NCBI GenBank assembly: GCA_951406725.2
Contig: OX597815.1
Span: forward strand, 57,784,001-57,848,000
Length of the DNA stretch: 64,000 nucleotides
Reading direction: 5' to 3'
DNA from: Octopus vulgaris
Lineage: Eukaryota
The notes below the pieces were generated by a model. It did not search any database. It was not told where the DNA came from and was given only the letters and a program-made list of their open reading frames with translations. The position numbers and the translations under genes were made by a program. Positions 45,028 through 58,151 of this stretch are shown piece by piece; positions within the stretch are counted from its first letter, which is position 1; every line of letters begins with the position of its first letter.

Positions 45028-45556
45028 TATATTACATACATATAAGAGGGATGACCACTAAGTGGACATCCATTATGCTAGAAGTTGACCTTCTATGCTC
45101 TTACCACTAAGAAAGGCATGTTCTCAAGAAAATTTACCAAACACCAGAGTGTAAGCGAGCAAGACAAATGAAAAAGATACAAAATATACAGATTAATCAC
45201 AAACTCGGTTTCATTGTTACCACTTACATAATTACTTAGTAGTTATCCACAACTCGTCAGTGTGATCGTCATAGCAAAATATAATTCGCAGAATTATACA
45301 CGAGACATCCACATGGGATTGAACATGTATATAGTTCTACCAATTACTTTTGAGTTATATTTCAAAAGTCTTTGTTCTGTTGTGCCAAAATACCGGGTTT
45401 GTGATTAATCTGTATATTTTGTATCTTTTCATTTGTCTTGTTCGCTTACATTCTGGCATTTGCTAAATTTTCTTGAGATCATTTCTTTTTTAGTGGGTCG
45501 ACTTCTAGCATAATGGATGTCCACTTAGTGGTCAGCCCTCATATGTATGTAATATA
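45028..45556. mobile_element. Long inverted-repeat (foldback/MITE-like) element, ~170-180-bp arms
   Basis: tattacatacatat...gaccactaagtggacatccattatgctagaagt...cagattaatcacaaac mirrored at 45390-45556. Confidence 0.85.
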
Positions 45557-45749
45557 ATTTTTCTGAATCTTCAGATTTTTCTATATGCTAGACTACTGGT
45601 TTTAAATTGATATTAATCAAATTAATATTCATGCCGATTTTGTTTCCCCTCTGCAAGCTCAGTATCCGAAGTTTGAAAGTGTTTAGTTACAAAAAATTAA
45701 TTTCTCTATCTGCTGATGAAAGTGAAAAGATCCGATTTATGAGATTTAA

Positions 45750-45969
45750 CCCTTTAGTGTTCAGATTATTCTGTCAAATGTGACATTTGTTTATTTAAAA
45801 TGGTTTGAATTAATCATGCATTATTTTGTAGTTTAGAGATTTCAGTGATGTGATCTTTTAATTTTAGAATGACATTGTAGGGCTGAGGTGAGAGGCGAAA
45901 TCTGGTAAGTTTCAATATAAAACGGGTTAAATATTTTGGCTGGATATGGCCGGTTTGAATGTTAAAGGG
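45750..45969. mobile_element. piggyBac-type MITE
   Basis: TTAA at 45746-45749 and 45970-45973; termini CCCTTTA / TAAAGGG. Confidence 0.85.
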
Positions 45970-45973
45970 TTAA

Positions 45974-46990
45974 ATCCCACTGACAAACTTGCAGCCTGAA
46001 ATACTTTTGTTTTGAAATCTTCCCATAGATCGTTTGGATCAAGATTGATACTTATAGCATTATGGAATCTTTGCAAGTTGCTTGATAATTTAAAGCTTAC
46101 AACATTTAACTTTTTGGGTACCTTAGGACCAGACTGTCGATTTTTAGGCATTATCGAAAAATCTATTTTTCCACACACTAGATGATGGTCACTTCAACTC
46201 CTTGCCCCTCTCATGACTCAAATGCTAGAAACGTCTTTCATATCACGTTTCCTGATCAGAATATAATCTATGAGATGCCAGTGCTTAGATCTTGGGTGCA
46301 TCCAGGTGGTTTTATATTTATTACATCTGGTTCAGTAATAGCCCAGATCTCAACTTCTTTTTATGGTGTGTACTTCATGCAAGGACCAATGCTTCACCAC
46401 ACTCAAATGTCAACAGTTTGAAGACCTGCACCATGTGTGCAACATGCAAAATCAAAATAGGTGGAGGTTGCAGCAGCTGCAAAAAAAACAGAGTGTTGGT
46501 GACAACCAGATTATTCTCAGTACAAAATGTCAAAAGAGCTACTCTATTTTTATTGCATTTTCCAACCCCATGTCAACCTAAAACAGACCATGAGACAGTC
46601 CTTTCCAACTCTTGCATTGAAATCTCCCAGTATGACCAGCTTGTCAGAAATTGGTACTTTCCTCAATAATCATGCTAGATTGTCATAAAACTGCCCTACA
46701 GTTTCATCAGAATGAGACATTGTTGGTGCATAAATACTGACAATGGTAAGAAACCTACCTTTTGTCAGTTTGATACGGCTTGACAGATATACCACTTGGA
46801 AACTCTACAACGGAGGATACAAATGTATTCTTGAGAGCAAACCCAACACCAGATTCTCTACGCTGACCCTTAAAAGATAGTATATTCATAAGTAGGTTCA
46901 TTTACTTGACCTTCACCAGAGAGACAAGTTTCAGAGAGTGCAACTATATCAAGAGAATATTTCTTAAGCTCACATGCAATAAGTGCAGTA
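45974..46990 (-). pseudogene. Decayed RTE (BovB-like) APE endonuclease region
   Basis: GVGFAL, IVSIYAPT, FYDNL, ILGDFNARVG, TWMHPRSKHWHLIDYI, SDHHLV; interrupted at 46323-46488. Confidence 0.85.
46323..46488 (+). repeat. Internal fragment of the maT-like transposon (copy of 49417-49589)
   Basis: Near-identical sequence, no TIRs. Confidence 0.85.
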
Positions 46991-47713
46991 TGCCTTTCTG
47001 GCCTCTTGTTGAAATTATCATCAAGAAGTGTACACACATTTCAACAACCGAAATTCAAAGGATGTTTATTTTTACTTTTGTTTGACCACATTGGCAGAAT
47101 GATGACCGGGTCCAGCCTGTGATACACTGGGACACCTGCCAAGCCAGACCTGTTACTCTGACGTTCCCAAGCCTTTTTTGCCATTTACTGAATCTGTTTG
47201 AGACATTTTAGAGTAAATTACCAGAGCATTTTTAGGTTTCTGCCAACCAACCAACTGAATGATTTTACTAAGATTTGGAGTACAGGAAGTACCTGTGCAG
47301 ATGAATAATTTTCAGTGGGTGTAGCTTGCACTGCCTATTGGCCCAAGAAGACTTTAGCCAGTGTGACAGGAAAATTGACAAAACCAGGAACTCAGGTTTT
47401 ATTTCAGAGATTTCCTTCTCCTAGGAAGATTACCAAAGAGCTTCTACCTGTCCATGAAGTAAGTGATCCCATTCCAGACACCAAACTGACACTCAGACAC
47501 TTTATAAAGTGATCAAATATCACTCCATTGACCGATGCAGAGGAGCTCATTCATAAATGACAAAAAAAGAAAGGTACGATATGTGATTTGCAAATATAAA
47601 TAAGAATCATATATAAATATAAAAAAGTAAAAGATATGCAATTAAAAGATATAAAATAATATACATATATATACACACACACATATATACACATATATAA
47701 AAAATATATATAT

Positions 47714-47747
<34 letters not shown>

Positions 47748-48537
47748 GGTGTGGGTTTTTCCCTTTTTAAATTATTTACATGTCTATTCAACTATTTCAC
47801 ATGACTTTATTCATTAAAACTTCAGAAGTTCTTATAACTTTGGTCAGCATAATGCTTTGCTTTCATCTGTTTAATAAAAATTCCTCTTCATAATGATTTA
47901 ACTTTGACTTTGCTAAAGACAGCTATCATGCAGAAAATGCCAGCTTCCAAATCCTGTTTTCTGATTAGGTAAAATTGATTAAACTTTAATCGTCAGTAAC
48001 ATTTCTCTAGCAAATTTAACATGGAAAATTATTTCAATATACTAAATTTAAAAATTTTGACATAATTTTAAAATTTCACAATATGTGACAGCAACAGGAA
48101 AGACCCTACAAAAGTAGAGAGACAGACAGTTATAGGACATCACACTCACAAACACATTTTCAAATATATACACAGGTAATCACAAGTTTAAAATGGTGTA
48201 TAGTAAACATATGTATGTGTGTCTGTGAGTGTTTCTTTGTGATGGACAGCAGAAAAGCCACCTACCCCTGACATTTGTCAGTTACACAATGCTGTTCTCC
48301 CCTTCTCTGATATCAGCCACACTCACTATGCCACCACATTTCCCTCACACTAACACTCTTTGCACCTTTCTCATTTTATCAAATAATTGCCCAAACCCCT
48401 AGGAGGCCCATTATAGACTTTTATTGAAATCCAGTTAGCCTATAATTGAACTGGATGTTAGTTTAACATGTGTGCAAACTTTCAAGATTGGTTCACTGGT
48501 GTAGGTAGGAAGCTGCCATTTATGTATAAGATACATC

Positions 48538-48579
<42 letters not shown>

Positions 48580-48585
48580 TATATA

Positions 48586-49755
48586 CAGGGTCTTGCAGAT
48601 AAATTGCAGTCTTATGCAGTTGACTTAGTGGGTTTAACATTTAATTTTTTTGACAAAACCTTGTTAGCTTGAAAATTGAATCCTCCTCTTAATTTTTCAA
48701 ACTGATTCAATAGAAAGTCATGGAACAACAGAATTATTCTGCCATTGTTGTTTCAGCACATTGCCAATAAAATTAAGTTGACGAAACTTCCAAAAACAAC
48801 AGTTATCATGTGTATAAACAATTTAAAGAAGAGGGAAAGATTGATTGACAAAAACACAAGACTTGGAGTGATTCTAAGTGCAACCCATCCACATCCATGA
48901 CAACTCTTGCAAAGAAACACAACGTGTCCCTTTTCATAGTGTCCAGAGCTGTGAAAAGGAACTTTGGCACGATTAGCTATGTTTGACAATGCTGCCATCT
49001 CCTAACAGTCAAGGCCAAAGCAATCAGAGTCAAGAGATGCCCAAAGTTTTTGTCATTCATCAAGCACCAAGGCGCAGGAAAAACTCTCATGTTTGTGAAC
49101 AAGAAGTTCACTGTGGATGCTGGGATGAATTGCAGAAATTCAGACGTTGCCACTGTGTTTGAGACTAAGAATCCTGCCTCTGTGATGGTATTTGGAGTAG
49201 TGGCCAGTGGTGGAAGTGTCATAGATCCATACTTCATTGCTTGAAGATCAGCACAAACAAATATCTGGACATCCTGAAGCACTCTCTGTTAGCTTTGTTG
49301 AAGCATAAGTTTGGCCTTGACAAATATAGTGCTTATCCAGGATTCTGCACCATGCCATAGGTCAAAAGCAACACAGGCCTTCCTTGGTGAGAAGGTGCCA
49401 TTTTTTGTGAAGGCTAACATCTAGTTCAGTAATAGCCCAGATCTCAACTTCTTGATTACTTTTTATGGTGTGTACTTCATGCAAGAACCAATGCTTCACC
49501 ACACTCAAATGTCAACATTTTGAAGATCTGCATCATGCGTGCAACATGCAAAATCAAAATAGGTGGAGGTTGCAGCAGCTGCAAAAAAATTTCATTCTTG
49601 TGTGGAGGTAGTAATTGCCCAAAAGGGGAGCCATATTGAGTGATAAATGTTTTCATTGCAATAAATGTTCTATTAAAATTATATGTCTACTACCATTATT
49701 TTAATACTTATAACCAGTTTTATGCATTGTGAAAATTGTCTGTTTATCTGCAAGA
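48586..49755 (+). mobile_element. Decayed Tc1/mariner-superfamily transposon (maT/DD37D-like)
   Basis: TA + CAGGGTCTTGCAGATAAA with partial mirror TTTATCTGCAAGA; TKNPASVMVFGVVASGG, QDSAPCH, NSPDLNFLDY. Confidence 0.8.
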
Positions 49756-49789
49756 TAAATGAATATAAATGAATACACACACACACACA

Positions 49790-50127
49790 CGACCCACGTC
49801 CCAGGGTCTCTAGGGCCCATACCTCCCACACCCTCAGGGTTGGTACTCTCAACGTCGGCACACTGAAAGGTAGATCTGGTGAGATTGTTGAGATGCTTGA
49901 ACAGAGATGCGTCGATATGTGCTGCATCCAAGAAGTAAGGTGGAGAGGAGATTCTGCTAGGTTCCTCACAGGCAAAGAACACAGGTACAAGATTTTCTGG
50001 GCAGGGAACACTGACGGGGTTGGGGGTGTGGGTATACTTCTTGTGGAGAAACGGGTAGATAAAGTAATTGAGGTAGTCAGAGTATGTGTCAGAATACTTA
50101 AGATTAGATTAGTGCTCCATCATGAGT
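49790..50127 (+). mobile_element. RTE LINE 5' fragment (APE N-terminus)
   Basis: LRVGTLNVGTLKGR, CCIQEVRWRG, GGVGILL, RILKIRL. Confidence 0.88.
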
Positions 50128-52110
50128 TAGCAAGATTCCAAGAGAGAGGAAGATCCTCATGAGACGACGGACAAAGGTTGCAAATCGACTCAACCAACAT
50201 CCCAAAAGTAGCGAAACGTTCCGCCTAAAAACAACACTGATGGAGATAGAAAAAAGGCTGCAACAATCCAATGTGAGGGAGAAAGCAAACAAAGAAGCCT
50301 GGGTTATAAAAAACATTAAGTCAAACCCAAAGGCCTTCTTGCATTACGCAAAAGAAACAGCCTCAGTACACTACAAGATAGGACCCCTTCTCCAACAAAC
50401 AGTCCAACTAAGATCAGTGAGATACTGAATGACCAGTTCCAAAGTGTCTTTACCACCCCGTTGAAACACAGACAAGTGAATGAACCAGTGGACTTCTTTG
50501 CCGCCTCACCTATAACCAGCGAGGCGGTTACAATAGAATGTATTGACATTAGCGAAGAAGATGTCCTACTAGCCATAGATGAAGTGGACACAAACTCAAC
50601 TGCTGGTCCAGATGGTTTCCCAGCAATCCACCTCAAAGCATGTAAGGAGGGAATAATATGCCCAATACATAAAGGGGGAAGTAGAGCACATGCCAAAAAC
50701 TATAGGCCTATCTCTCTGACTTCACACATCAGCAAAGTCATGGAACGGATAGTCAGAAAGAAACTAATTGCATTCCTTGAAGAAAATGACTTGCTGAGTG
50801 ATACCCAGCATGGTTTTCGACCAGGTAGGAGCTGCCTGACCCAGCTCTTACAACATTATGACTGGGTGTTGAGGCAGTTACTCAACAAATCAAATGTGGA
50901 TGTAATATACCTTGATTTTGCAAAAGCTTTTGACAAGGTGGATCATGGTATGATATGCTACAAACTGCATGACCTTGGCATAGCTGGAAAACTTAGAGTG
51001 GTTACATGACTTCCTGAAAGATAGGAGTCAGGCAGTGGTTGCTAATGGCACCACCTCTATGAACACACAAATAGTGAGCGGTGTTCCACAGGGCACTGTC
51101 TTGGGACCACTGCTTTTTATAGTGGCCCTCTCAGATATGCCCTCAAATGCCCGGATAGCCACTCTGGCAAGCTATGCAGATGATACGAAAGTCCTGCTGC
51201 ACACCTGCAGCAGGAGTTGGACTCAATTTACAGATAGGCTGAGGATAATAATATGCAGTTTAATGCTGAAAAAATCCAGGCCCTGTGCTACCAGCATTCA
51301 AAACTGAATATTAAACTTACAGAGTACACCAGTCCACAGGGAATTTCAATCCCAGAGCCTAAGTCTGTGAGGGACCTGGGTATTGACATGAGTGATGATA
51401 AAGCGCTCATTACCAGGATGGCAACAAAGTGCAGACGACTGGCTGAATGGACCCTAAGAACATTCAGAACCAGAGATAAGGAAACCATGATGGTCCTCTG
51501 GTGGACATTCATCCTCAGTCACCTGGATTACTGCTCACAGCTATGGTCACCCACCAGTGTGAAATTAACAGCGGACCTTGAAGCAATCTAGAGAAGATTC
51601 ACAAAGAAGATCGTCTATTTGCTCAGCTACTGGGAAAGGTTGAAACAGCTAAGACACTACTCCCTGGAAAGAAGATGGGAGAGGTATGCAGTAATATATA
51701 TCTAGAAGATCCTGGAAGAAATTGTGCCAAATTTTGGCATTGAAAGCTACACCAATTCCTGAATGGGACGACACTGCATAGTGCCAAAGATCCCAGCAAT
51801 GCCATCACGCTTCAGGACCAGCTTCTGCAACAGCCTGGGTTTCAAGGGCCTACAGCTTTTTAATATTCTCCCAAAGAGTCTGAGGAACTTGCACAAAGTA
51901 GATGTAGAAGTTTTTAAATCAAAGCTGGACCTCTTCCTGTCGAGAGTCCAAGATGAACCTACCTCATGGCAAGAGGTGCAAATGAGGGTAGCTATATCAA
52001 ACTCCATTCTTCACCAAGTGCCACATATTAGAGGAGGCTCTTAGTAATAACAGTGTAGCACAAAATGGCGATGCATCAGCATGGCTGCAGATCTGAGCTG
52101 AAACTAGAAA
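50128..52110 (+). pseudogene. CR1-group LINE family D, older, 5'-truncated, multiple stops and frameshifts
   Basis: Same lineage as A-C ([27 protein letters not shown]); decayed 3' motif at 52067-52104, then a short TA run. Confidence 0.9.
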
Positions 52111-52132
52111 ATATATATAGATATACACACAC

Positions 52133-52420
52133 GTGGAGGTACAATGGCCAAGTGGTTAGGGCAGCGGACTCGCGGTTGTAGGATCATGGTTTCGATTCCC
52201 AGACCGGGCATTGTGAGTGTTTATTGAAGAAAACACCTAAAAGCTCCACGAGGCTCTGTACTCTTTCACCACTCTTTCTCTCACTCTTTCTTCTGTTGGC
52301 CTGCTCGCTTAGCCAGCGGGGTGGCATCATTCGAAGGCTAAAAAAAACAATGCGAACGCATTGTGACCAGCGATGTGTAGCAACATCTGATGGTCTGGTT
52401 GGTCACGTGACGTCACGTGA
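52133..52420 (+). mobile_element. tRNA-derived SINE
   Basis: A box TGGCCAAGTGG, B box GGTTTCGATTCC; followed by TA/CA. Confidence 0.8.
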
Positions 52421-52445
52421 TATACACACACACACACACACAAAG

Positions 52446-52768
52446 CTTGCATTGTGTATCCCACCTGAACCTCATTGCCACGCACTTCATATCTTTACTG
52501 CTTCCTGCTACCTCTGTCACCCAAACCTACTTCCTCTGCCTTCAACTGATATTCACTATTGACCACACTCCCACCATGTTCACCACTCACTGCAATACCC
52601 TTATCCCCATCCATATTCATCAGCCACCTACTTTGCATTCCCATGATTTTCCACACCCATACCACTTCTCTTATATTCACCTTCCTGTAACATAAGGGTG
52701 TAACTCAACACATCTTTCTTTTTCAGAATGTAATAGCAAATACTACCAAGAGAATTTATCACTCAATA
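52446..52768 (+). repeat. ~320-bp direct duplicate of 54837-55171
   Basis: Identical apart from ~2 substitutions and one ~12-bp indel. Confidence 0.92.
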
Positions 52769-53029
52769 TCCACACACATACATATATTTACATACATATA
52801 TAAATATATTTACATGTATATATTACACATATGTACACACATATGTACATACATATGTACATACATATACGTTATATATGTATATAAAGTATATGTATAC
52901 ACATACACTTTGTATGCCTGTGTGTATTGTGCATAAGTATTGTTATTCAGACAAACCTAATAAAATGAAGGATATCCACTGATCTACGTGCACTCTGCTT
53001 CCTACAGGAAACCAGTGGAAACTTCCTTC

Positions 53030-54150
53030 ATTATCGGCCGAAAAGAAGTTGTCACAGTTCTAGGACAGCACTCTTCACCCTATGAGATGACATCTTGTGT
53101 ACCACAGGGATCTGTTCTTGACTTCCTTTTATTTGTTGCATATGTTAATGACATAGATACCAACTTAAAGAAAGCCACAGTGCTGAAATATGTAGATGAC
53201 ATCAAGCTGTACGTCAAAATAAAGCGGACAGATCTTTATAGATCTTTATAGATCTTTATTGCAATTAGACCTGGACACAATGCAGCAGTGGATCATGGAC
53301 TGGCAACTCAAGCTGGCTGTGGACAAATGTACCACCGTGCATTTTGGGAGGAAAAACCCAGCATCTACTTACTCCCTCCACAATAACTAATCTCAAAAAG
53401 TCTCCTTGTGAACATGACCTGGGCATTCAACAGTGATTTGTGTTGGACAAAACATGTTGCTAAAATTGCCAAGAAGGCTGAGGGTGTCTTGGCATCACTT
53501 ACCAAGTCCTTTGTGAGCTGCTCTCTGGCTATCTATCTGAGGCTTTATATAGCTATGGTGTGGCCTCACCTGGAATTTGCATCACCGGTCTGGAACCCCT
53601 ATATTGCCCAGGATATTAATCATCTGGAAACCAGTCAGCAACATGCAACCAAGAGAATGCCCTCCATCAGGCATTTTCCATATTCTGAATGCCTTATTTC
53701 CCTTGGCATGGATACATTGAAACTCCGGCATCTGGCAGCTGACTTGGCAGACACCCATAAAATTATTAACCATCTTACTAACAATAACTCTGAGCACCTT
53801 TTCAAACTCCACCTTTCTAACACCCGTGGACATGTTTACAAAGTCAGAAAACACCACAGTTCCCATGACTTTTGGAAACATTTTTTCACGCAAAGAGTTG
53901 CTGAAGCATGGAACAAACTGCCGGCATCAGTTGTTAACTGTCAGAGCACTGCATCCTTCAAAACTTCCATGCTTCCTGAGATTCACCAACACTACAACTG
54001 ATTTTCTCCCCTTCATACACATGCAAGCATGTATCTGACTCATACACTGTTCATTTCCCAGACATTTGTACGTTACTGCATATTTTTCATACACACTTTT
54101 GACAAGTTGTGGTGCACATGAGCACTGTATACAATAATTTCATTATTATT
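53030..54150 (+). pseudogene. Canonical CR1-type LINE 3' fragment (different lineage from A-D)
   Basis: VPQGSVL, KYVDDIKL, HLEFASPVWNP, TRGHVYK, FFTQRVAEAWNKLP; (ATT)n tail. Confidence 0.88.
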
Positions 54151-54199
54151 ATATTATATTTTTTTAATATTATTATATGAATTATATTCATTGCTTATT

Positions 54200-54430
54200 G
54201 GCTTGAGAGGAAAATTGAACATAAAAGGTGTCAGATATAGTATGCAAGAGAGAAAACTGCACTGGTGTGGTCATGTGATGCATATGGATGAAGACAGCTA
54301 CATAAAGAGGGAATCCACATAAAAGGGAGACCTAGGAAGAGATGTGAGATGAAGTCATGAAGAATGACCTCTAGATGTTGAGCCTCACTGAAAAAATGAC
54401 AATGGACTGTGATGACTGTCTGTTGTACTT
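54200..54430 (+). mobile_element. Decayed RTE ORF end
   Basis: ERKLHWCGHVMHMDED and GRPRK remnants. Confidence 0.7.
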
Positions 54431-56669
54431 GTAAAGCAAAAATGAGGTCCTTAAAGTATATTGCTTATATCTTCCTTTGCACCCAGTTTGTCCCTGATGA
54501 GTCTCTCCTCTCATAAGTTACCTTCCTAACACCCATTCCTTTCACTCCTCATCTCCCTAACATCCTCCCCTCCATCACTCTTCTGAATATGACACTACTC
54601 ACTCAACTGATGTAGCTATGAGAAATGAACCGAACATATTCCATTTCCCTACTGTTTACCCTCCCGGGTACCACCTTCATCTTATGCATTCTCAGTATAA
54701 TTCCAGACCACTTATTTTATACTGAACATCCCTTCCACTTCCCCTTTTTCTTGTGCACCTCTCATCTTGTTAATGGCAGATTTCCTTCCATTACCTCAAT
54801 TCATCTCCCACTATTTCCACACTTATCTACCACTGACTTGCATTGTGTATCCCACCTGAACCTCATTGCCACGCACTTCATATCTTTACTGCTTCCTGCT
54901 ACCTCTGTCACCCAAACCTACTTCCTCTGCCTTCAACTGATATTCACTATTGACCACACTCCCACCATGTTCACCACTCACTGCAATACCCTTATCCCCA
55001 TCCATATTCATCAGCCACCTACTTTGCATTCCCATGATTTTCCACACCCATACCACTTCTCTTATATTCACCTTCCTGTAACATAAGGGTGTAACACAAC
55101 ACATCTTTCTTTTTTCTGTTGGTTTTCAGAATGTAATAGCAAATACCACCAAGAGAATTTATCACTCAATAGTTCAAATAAAAAGAAATTAAAACAAAAT
55201 AGTTCTTTAGTTTTTAAAATTTTTATTACCATTAAGAAGTTTTCAATTTAATTTCTTCTGGGAATGCTGAAAATAATTAAAATACACATTATTTCTTGAT
55301 TTGGATGCAGCCTCAATTATAAAGGACATATACATTTGTGAAGGTAGTTTGAAGACAAGTTTCAGGGAGGTATAGAATCAGAATTAACTGTGCCGTTGTA
55401 TCTGTGGAAAAGTAGAATATTTGGATGTAGTTATGTTTTGTATTCATATAAGTTTTAAAAGTGTGTGAAAAGATGAATTCTTGCATTTGGGAAATTATAG
55501 ATCCTACATATAATCAATTATACAAGGCCAACAAATTCTTTCCCTTTCAATGGCCAACAATGGTCAACAAATTCTTTCCTTTTCAAGGCCTTGATACTTA
55601 AATACTTTCAAGGCCTTGATATTCTGACGATACTTAAATTTTTTTGTGATTTGTTTATTACTTAGGGATTGAGGAATAGCATAAAAAGCAATGTGGATTT
55701 TAAATCTATTATGTACTGTTTCAGTTATTTTAGTGAGTAGTTTTATAATTGAATGTAGTGGTCTGCATTCATGTTGTGATTTGGTGACAACAAGATTAAG
55801 TCTCTCTTAGATTTTTGAAGATCTGCAAAGATTGTTTTTTTTCCTTTAGGTCTTAAAATTGTCGATATTTTTGCGAGCTTTCAGATTGCTTACAGCTACT
55901 ATCCAAGGTGCGAAAAAATAGGAATAGTAGGAAATGTAGGAATAGTTGTGTATAGCAGTGAGTGAAATAATTTTTTCAGACCATATTTAGATGTATGTTT
56001 GAACCTGATGTTTTCGAGTGTTTGAAGGTTTAAGTCATAAAGATTTGTTTATTTTGCTTTTCCATTTGTTTTCTGTGGTGGTGTTTGGTGACTGGAAATT
56101 TTCTAGCTGTTAGAATGTGGTGATGTTCCTTTAATTTAGTACTGCATCTTGTGTTATGGCCTGATTATTGTAAGAGTTATTGAGGCTGCTAAATTATTGT
56201 ATAGTGTTTAATTTCTTGTTTTGTGGTTCATGTTATATACCAATGTTTGCTGGTTGCTTTTCATTGGTTTATTTTCTTTGTTATTTCCCCATTTAGTTAC
56301 TTGATGTTGAATGTAGGTATTTGCATATTTTTTTCCAGGAATGTTTTTTTGGCTTTAATCAAGTTGGCTACTTCAGATGTGTAGTTTAGATTGAATATTT
56401 TTATGCTGTTTTGTGAAATGCTTCAACAATAGTTTTTAAAGATATATTAGTATGGGGGCATGTACTTGTAACAGCATATCACTGCACTCACCACTTGTTG
56501 GTGGATGACACCTTTGCACCCTCCAATCCATGGGCCTGTCTGGGTAGTTGTTGCTGTGAGAGTTTTATGAGGTCAGAGTGCAAATCCTATCTTAATTTCT
56601 TTTAGTTGCCTTTTACAACACACAGAGAAAATGTTGAGTCTTTTCTATGGCATGCTAGTCCCCACATAG

Positions 56670-56790
56670 CTCTAGAGTAACATGAAATGAAGTATTTTGC
56701 TCAAGAACACAATACGCCACCCAGTCCAGGAATTAAACCCATGATCTGGTGATTGTGAGTGCAGCAACCTAATCACTAAGCCATCTGCCT
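56670..56790 (-). mobile_element. tRNA-derived SINE head
   Basis: Minus strand TGGCTTAGTGA...GGTTTAATTCC...GTGTTCTTGAGCAAAATACTT. Confidence 0.65.
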
Positions 56791-57079
56791 AGTGGTTACT
56801 TAGATACTTAAATACCTAATCATGTTTCATGTTAGTTGTCCTTTGGGTATTATAACCCATTTGAGTAAAGAGTTATTAAAGAGAGTAGAGCCAGTTGAGA
56901 TGTAATAATTTTTAGTATTGTGATGTGACATGAGCTTGATTTTTGTACAGGACAAATGGCACAAGGACCAAACCTTGGGTGAATTTTAAAGTTGATGCTA
57001 ATGTCAATTGGCCAATGTTGCTGTAATATTTTCTACAGTATATAAATAACATAGCATTCATGTTGGAATTGGAAGGAAT

Positions 57080-57420
57080 ATACCTGAAGTCAAGGTACAT
57101 GTTACCTGCATTAGAGACCTTCCCAGAGCCTTTGGAATGTCATCAAAGTAAGTCAGGAGTTGTGTTAGGCTGTCCCTGCCATTGCAGAAACCCTGATTGG
57201 AATTAAGGAAACTTATTTTTGAGGAAGTGAGTTGCTCAAGATCTCAATAACTCTCTCAAATAATTGGATGATATGACAAGTGAGACTGGTCAGTAAATCA
57301 CTGGGTGACTCGTTTACTTTTTTTGAAAACTGGGACAAAAGACTGAGATGGAAATTTATCAGGAATATAATCAGCATCCAGTAATTTCCTCCAGAGAATA
57401 GCTAAAGGAAATATGAGTTG
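57080..57420 (-). pseudogene. Highly decayed CR1-group RT fragment
   Basis: PVSL, NQGFCNGRDSLTQLLTYFDD, YLDF remnants. Confidence 0.6.
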
Positions 57421-57959
57421 ATGTCAACACTCCTTCAGGAATCTCACAGGGAAACCTATTAGGGTCCACAACTGAATTGGTTTTAATTTGCTTATAGCTG
57501 TTATCTAAGGTGCCAAAATATGTGTCAGATATGGTGTGCAGAGGGTTTGCTTCACAGATCAGCCATAACAAGATTGCTGAAAGTAGAACAGAATCTCGCC
57601 CATGTTTCTGCAGCACCATGGAGAATGCTATCTTCATCAACTAAAAACCCAGCAGATGAGACAGCAGCCTTATGCTGAGAAGAACACTTTGGAATTAAGT
57701 TTTATTTTCTCAATGGCCCAGTTTTCCTCTGCTGTTCTTTGATTATCAATGAGTCTTCATGCAGGCTTGAAGATTATATTTTTTTTTTGTTCTAGCAAAA
57801 TTTGTGAACTGTTTTGGTGATTCTTCTTATATCTTTTACTTGTTTCTATCATTAGACTACAGCCATACAGGAGTCTAATGACTGAAAGGTTTAATCAAAC
57901 AAATCAACTTCAGTTCTCAAGTAGTAGTGGATACAGACATAAAGGTGAAGATACATACA

Positions 57960-58102
57960 CATGCACACACACGTGTGTATGTGTATTTATTTATGCATGT
58001 ATGAGTGTATTATAGTGAACTTCCACACAGTTTCTGTTTACCAAATTCACTCCGAAAGCATTGATCAGTTTGGGGTTATAGTAAAAGACACTTGTCCAAG
58101 GT

Positions 58103-58105
<3 letters not shown>
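57960..58105 (-). mobile_element. SINE fragment (CORE-like body)
   Basis: Minus strand GCACCTTGGACAAGTGTCTTTTACTATAACC...TTTGGTAAACAGAAACTG. Confidence 0.55.

Positions 58106-58151
<46 letters not shown>

Noticed and set aside
45705-45750. Hammerhead-like CTGATGA...GAAA
   Set aside because: No stem II, and stems I and III do not pair convincingly around a UH site.
52133-52210. tRNA gene
   Set aside because: A/B boxes are present but there is no convincing cloverleaf and it continues into a SINE body.
52446-55171. Direct repeats as LTRs of an LTR retrotransposon
   Set aside because: No TG...CA ends, PBS or PPT; the interior is unrelated LINE fragments.
55200-56450. T-rich tract, possibly a decayed retroelement
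   Set aside because: No recognisable motif by eye; left unassigned.
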